Assembly (NCBI GenBank): GCA_042568575.1
Contig: JBHPIO010000014.1
Location: 1-28,551 of the forward strand
Reading direction: 5' to 3'
Length of the DNA stretch: 28,551 nucleotides
Origin: Patescibacteria group bacterium
GTDB taxonomy: Bacteria > Patescibacteriota > Gracilibacteria > UBA1369 > PNNO01
In this document: piece after piece, positions 26,460 to 28,551 of the stretch
How positions within the stretch are numbered: the first letter of the stretch is position 1
Layout: each line of letters starts with the position of its first letter
Program-made: the position numbers and the translations under genes
Notes under the pieces: generated by a model
What the model saw: the letters and a program-made list of their open reading frames with translations, nothing else
Databases searched by the model: none
What the model was told of the DNA's origin: nothing

Positions 26460-26924
26460 ATGCGTAGATTTTCTGAGGGTGATGGAGCGCCAACCCGTGT
26501 TGGTCGTGTGCCCGAAAAAACCGGTGATGAACCTGAGGTAAAAAGAAGAAGGGATGAAAGTCTCGGGAGTTTGCGTATCTCGATGGGTTTAATCTCAGAA
26601 GTTGCGAAAAAAGTTAACGATAAAATTGATCTCGTAGATATTGATAGAGTAGAAGACAGAATGGAGTCGTTGAAAAGAGGAACTCAAGGACTTTCCAAAG
26701 AAGAGCTGCGTCGTAAAATTGCCAAATTAAAAAAGGATATAGAGGTTCCAGAAAGCTACATTGAGAGAGAAAGAGAAAGGATGGCTGCGCTTCCTAAATT
26801 AAGGGATACCGATGAAATAAGACTCAAAGGTCTACAAGCTGAAAATGTAAACGTCGAAGCACATAAAAGGGTCATTAAAGAGCTTAAAAGAGAGCTCGAA
26901 AGGCTAGTCCAGGCAGAAAAATAA
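26460..26924 (+). CDS. Charged coiled-coil hypothetical protein
   Basis: 154 aa E/K/R-rich ORF behind a promoter. Confidence 0.7.
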   Translation: MRRFSEGDGAPTRVGRVPEKTGDEPEVKRRRDESLGSLRISMGLISEVAKKVNDKIDLVDIDRVEDRMESLKRGTQGLSKEELRRKIAKLKKDIEVPESYIERERERMAALPKLRDTDEIRLKGLQAENVNVEAHKRVIKELKRELERLVQAEK

Positions 26925-27039
26925 TTCTAAAGTTTTTATAAGAAATCCCTTCACACCATTGTTTGCTGGGGAGATTTGTGTAATCGTATTATAGTTGTGT
27001 GATTATAACTAACAGAGATGGAGCAAAAAACTAAACTTT

Positions 27040-27648
27040 ATGGTTTCAAAACGACCCATAGGAGTAATTACAGGGGAGCATATCAAGTCTACTTTGCGTG
27101 GTCAGCGTTTCAAATCGCTTGCTGAGCAAGGAGAAGTTCAAAGTGTATCAAGCACACCGGATCCAACACAAGAAATGACTTATAAAGAGTGCATGGCTGA
27201 AGTTGAAGAAGTTTCTAAGGTTGTTGATGCTATTATTTATGGATGCAAAGGTATAGATCCTGATAGCGCCACACCAGGCGAATTGAGACGTTTATCGCAA
27301 AGTCTGAATGTGCTAGATAGAAATATCACACGCCTGGAAGAATATGGAAATGCTTGCCAACTACATGCACGTAGTGAAGCAGGACCTGTTGCTATGGCGA
27401 GTAATGCTCAGATTGAGCTTTATGCGCAATTAGAAACTGCAAAGGATGAAGATGAGATCGCAAGGATAAATGCCAGGATAGCAGCTTTAAGTGAAAGAGA
27501 ATCCGAAATTAAAAATAAATTAAAGGGCATAAGGACGAAAATAGATGAAGCAAAAACCTTCCAAACCCAAACAAACGATAGGGTTGAACAAGTAATGCAA
27601 GGTGGGAAAAAACCAGATCTTGTAATTTCCCTTCCACAATTTGGTTAG
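27040..27648 (+). CDS. Coiled-coil hypothetical protein
   Basis: 202 aa helical ORF with resident codon style. Confidence 0.7.
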   Translation: MVSKRPIGVITGEHIKSTLRGQRFKSLAEQGEVQSVSSTPDPTQEMTYKECMAEVEEVSKVVDAIIYGCKGIDPDSATPGELRRLSQSLNVLDRNITRLEEYGNACQLHARSEAGPVAMASNAQIELYAQLETAKDEDEIARINARIAALSERESEIKNKLKGIRTKIDEAKTFQTQTNDRVEQVMQGGKKPDLVISLPQFG

Positions 27649-27689
27649 AAAGGGTTAAATAGAGGAGAGATATTTTTACTTATGCATTT

Positions 27690-28505
27690 ATGATTGGTGT
27701 ATTTGATTCAGGCTATGGAGGATTAACTGTTCTAAAACCTCTTCTTGAAAAACTACCAGAGTACGATTACCTTTATCTAGGCGATAACGCTAGGACCCCT
27801 TACGGAACTCGTAGTGAAGATACTGTTAAAAAATATACAGAACAAGCTGTTGAATATTTATTTTCTCAGGGTGCTACTTTAATTATTACTGCTTGCAATA
27901 CAGTTTCCGCACTTGGATTACGGCATGTACAGCAAAAGTATTTGCGTGATCAAAATGTAAGAGACAAAAAGATTCTCGGAGTGATACGTCCACTTGTTGA
28001 ACATGCGGCAAAAGCAACAAAATCAAAACGTGTGAGCGTTGTTGGAACGCGCGGAACAATTCAATCTAGGGTTTATGAAACCGAGATAGAACATCTCGAT
28101 CCAGAGATTAAAGTTTATTCGGAGAGCTGTCCCTTGTTGGTACCTTTAATAGAAGAGCACTGGCATGATAAGCCGGAAACAATGATGATTCTGAAGAAAT
28201 ATTTGCGCTCTCTTAAATCAAAAAACACAGATGTGATGATTTTGGGATGCACACACTATCCTCTGATATATAAGAAATTTGCAAAGATTATGGGGAAGAA
28301 TGTGAATGTACTTGATTCGGGAGAAATTGTTGCGGAGAGCTTGGAGGATTATTTGAAGCGTCATCCAGAAATTGAAACAAAGCTTACAAAAGGTGGAGCG
28401 CGAAATTATGTTACGACCGATTGTCCTGATAGATTCAAAGAATTTGCGAATAAAGAACTGAGTTTGGATGTTAAAGATGTAAAAACTATCAAGCTATGGC
28501 AGTGA
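27690..28505 (+). CDS. murI: Glutamate racemase
   Basis: IGVFDSG.GGLTV, GD.AR.PYG, ACNT, LGCTHYP. Confidence 0.97.
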   Translation: MIGVFDSGYGGLTVLKPLLEKLPEYDYLYLGDNARTPYGTRSEDTVKKYTEQAVEYLFSQGATLIITACNTVSALGLRHVQQKYLRDQNVRDKKILGVIRPLVEHAAKATKSKRVSVVGTRGTIQSRVYETEIEHLDPEIKVYSESCPLLVPLIEEHWHDKPETMMILKKYLRSLKSKNTDVMILGCTHYPLIYKKFAKIMGKNVNVLDSGEIVAESLEDYLKRHPEIETKLTKGGARNYVTTDCPDRFKEFANKELSLDVKDVKTIKLWQ

Positions 28506-28551
28506 AAAAAATAAAAAAAACAGTAGTAATTTTTTTTGTAGCTATTGCCCT
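28502..28551 (+). CDS. 5' end of a probable exported protein, cut by the window edge
   Basis: GTG overlapping the murI stop; (M)KKIKKTVVIFFVAIA is signal-like. Confidence 0.5.
   Translation, partial: MKKIKKTVVIFFVAIA

Noticed and set aside
27661-27668. AGAGGAGA as an SD for murI
   Set aside because: More than 20 nt from the ATG, too far to function.
1-28551. Alternative genetic code 25 (TGA=Gly) as in Gracilibacteria/SR1
   Set aside because: Conserved genes have no in-frame TGA, and nrdR and murI end at TGA at the expected length.

Overview
AT-rich bacterial chromosomal window using genetic code 11. Gene content and the many leaderless or SD-less starts suggest a Patescibacteria/CPR genome, possibly Peregrinibacteria-like; this is inference only. 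The housekeeping backbone comprises an M48/YgjP-type peptidase, ribD, YihY, an orphan OmpR-type winged helix, an S41/CtpA protease, YmdB, pcrA/uvrD, an L,D-transpeptidase, nrdR, dGTPase, a Xer recombinase, a flippase, a DUF3298 lipoprotein, ugd, ybeY, a TrmH-family methyltransferase, an HTH-coiled-coil-TM protein, two DUF881 genes and murI. Two classes of accessory genes interrupt it. The first class is acidic, AT-rich ORFans with their own promoters, including a divergent GGDEF protein. The second class is the main find: three dispersed single-gene units (~1070-1968 minus, ~9478-10970 plus, ~19754-21070 plus) with a common architecture. Each has a resident-type sigma70 promoter (-10 only for unit 2), a boxA-like motif about 15-35 nt after the -10, a 200-390 nt leader, the identical 9-mer CGAGGAGGA Shine-Dalgarno, a GC-rich ORF and a 3' hairpin. 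The resident genes whose starts I inspected have no SD and several appear leaderless. No rRNA, tRNA, CRISPR array or transposase was seen.
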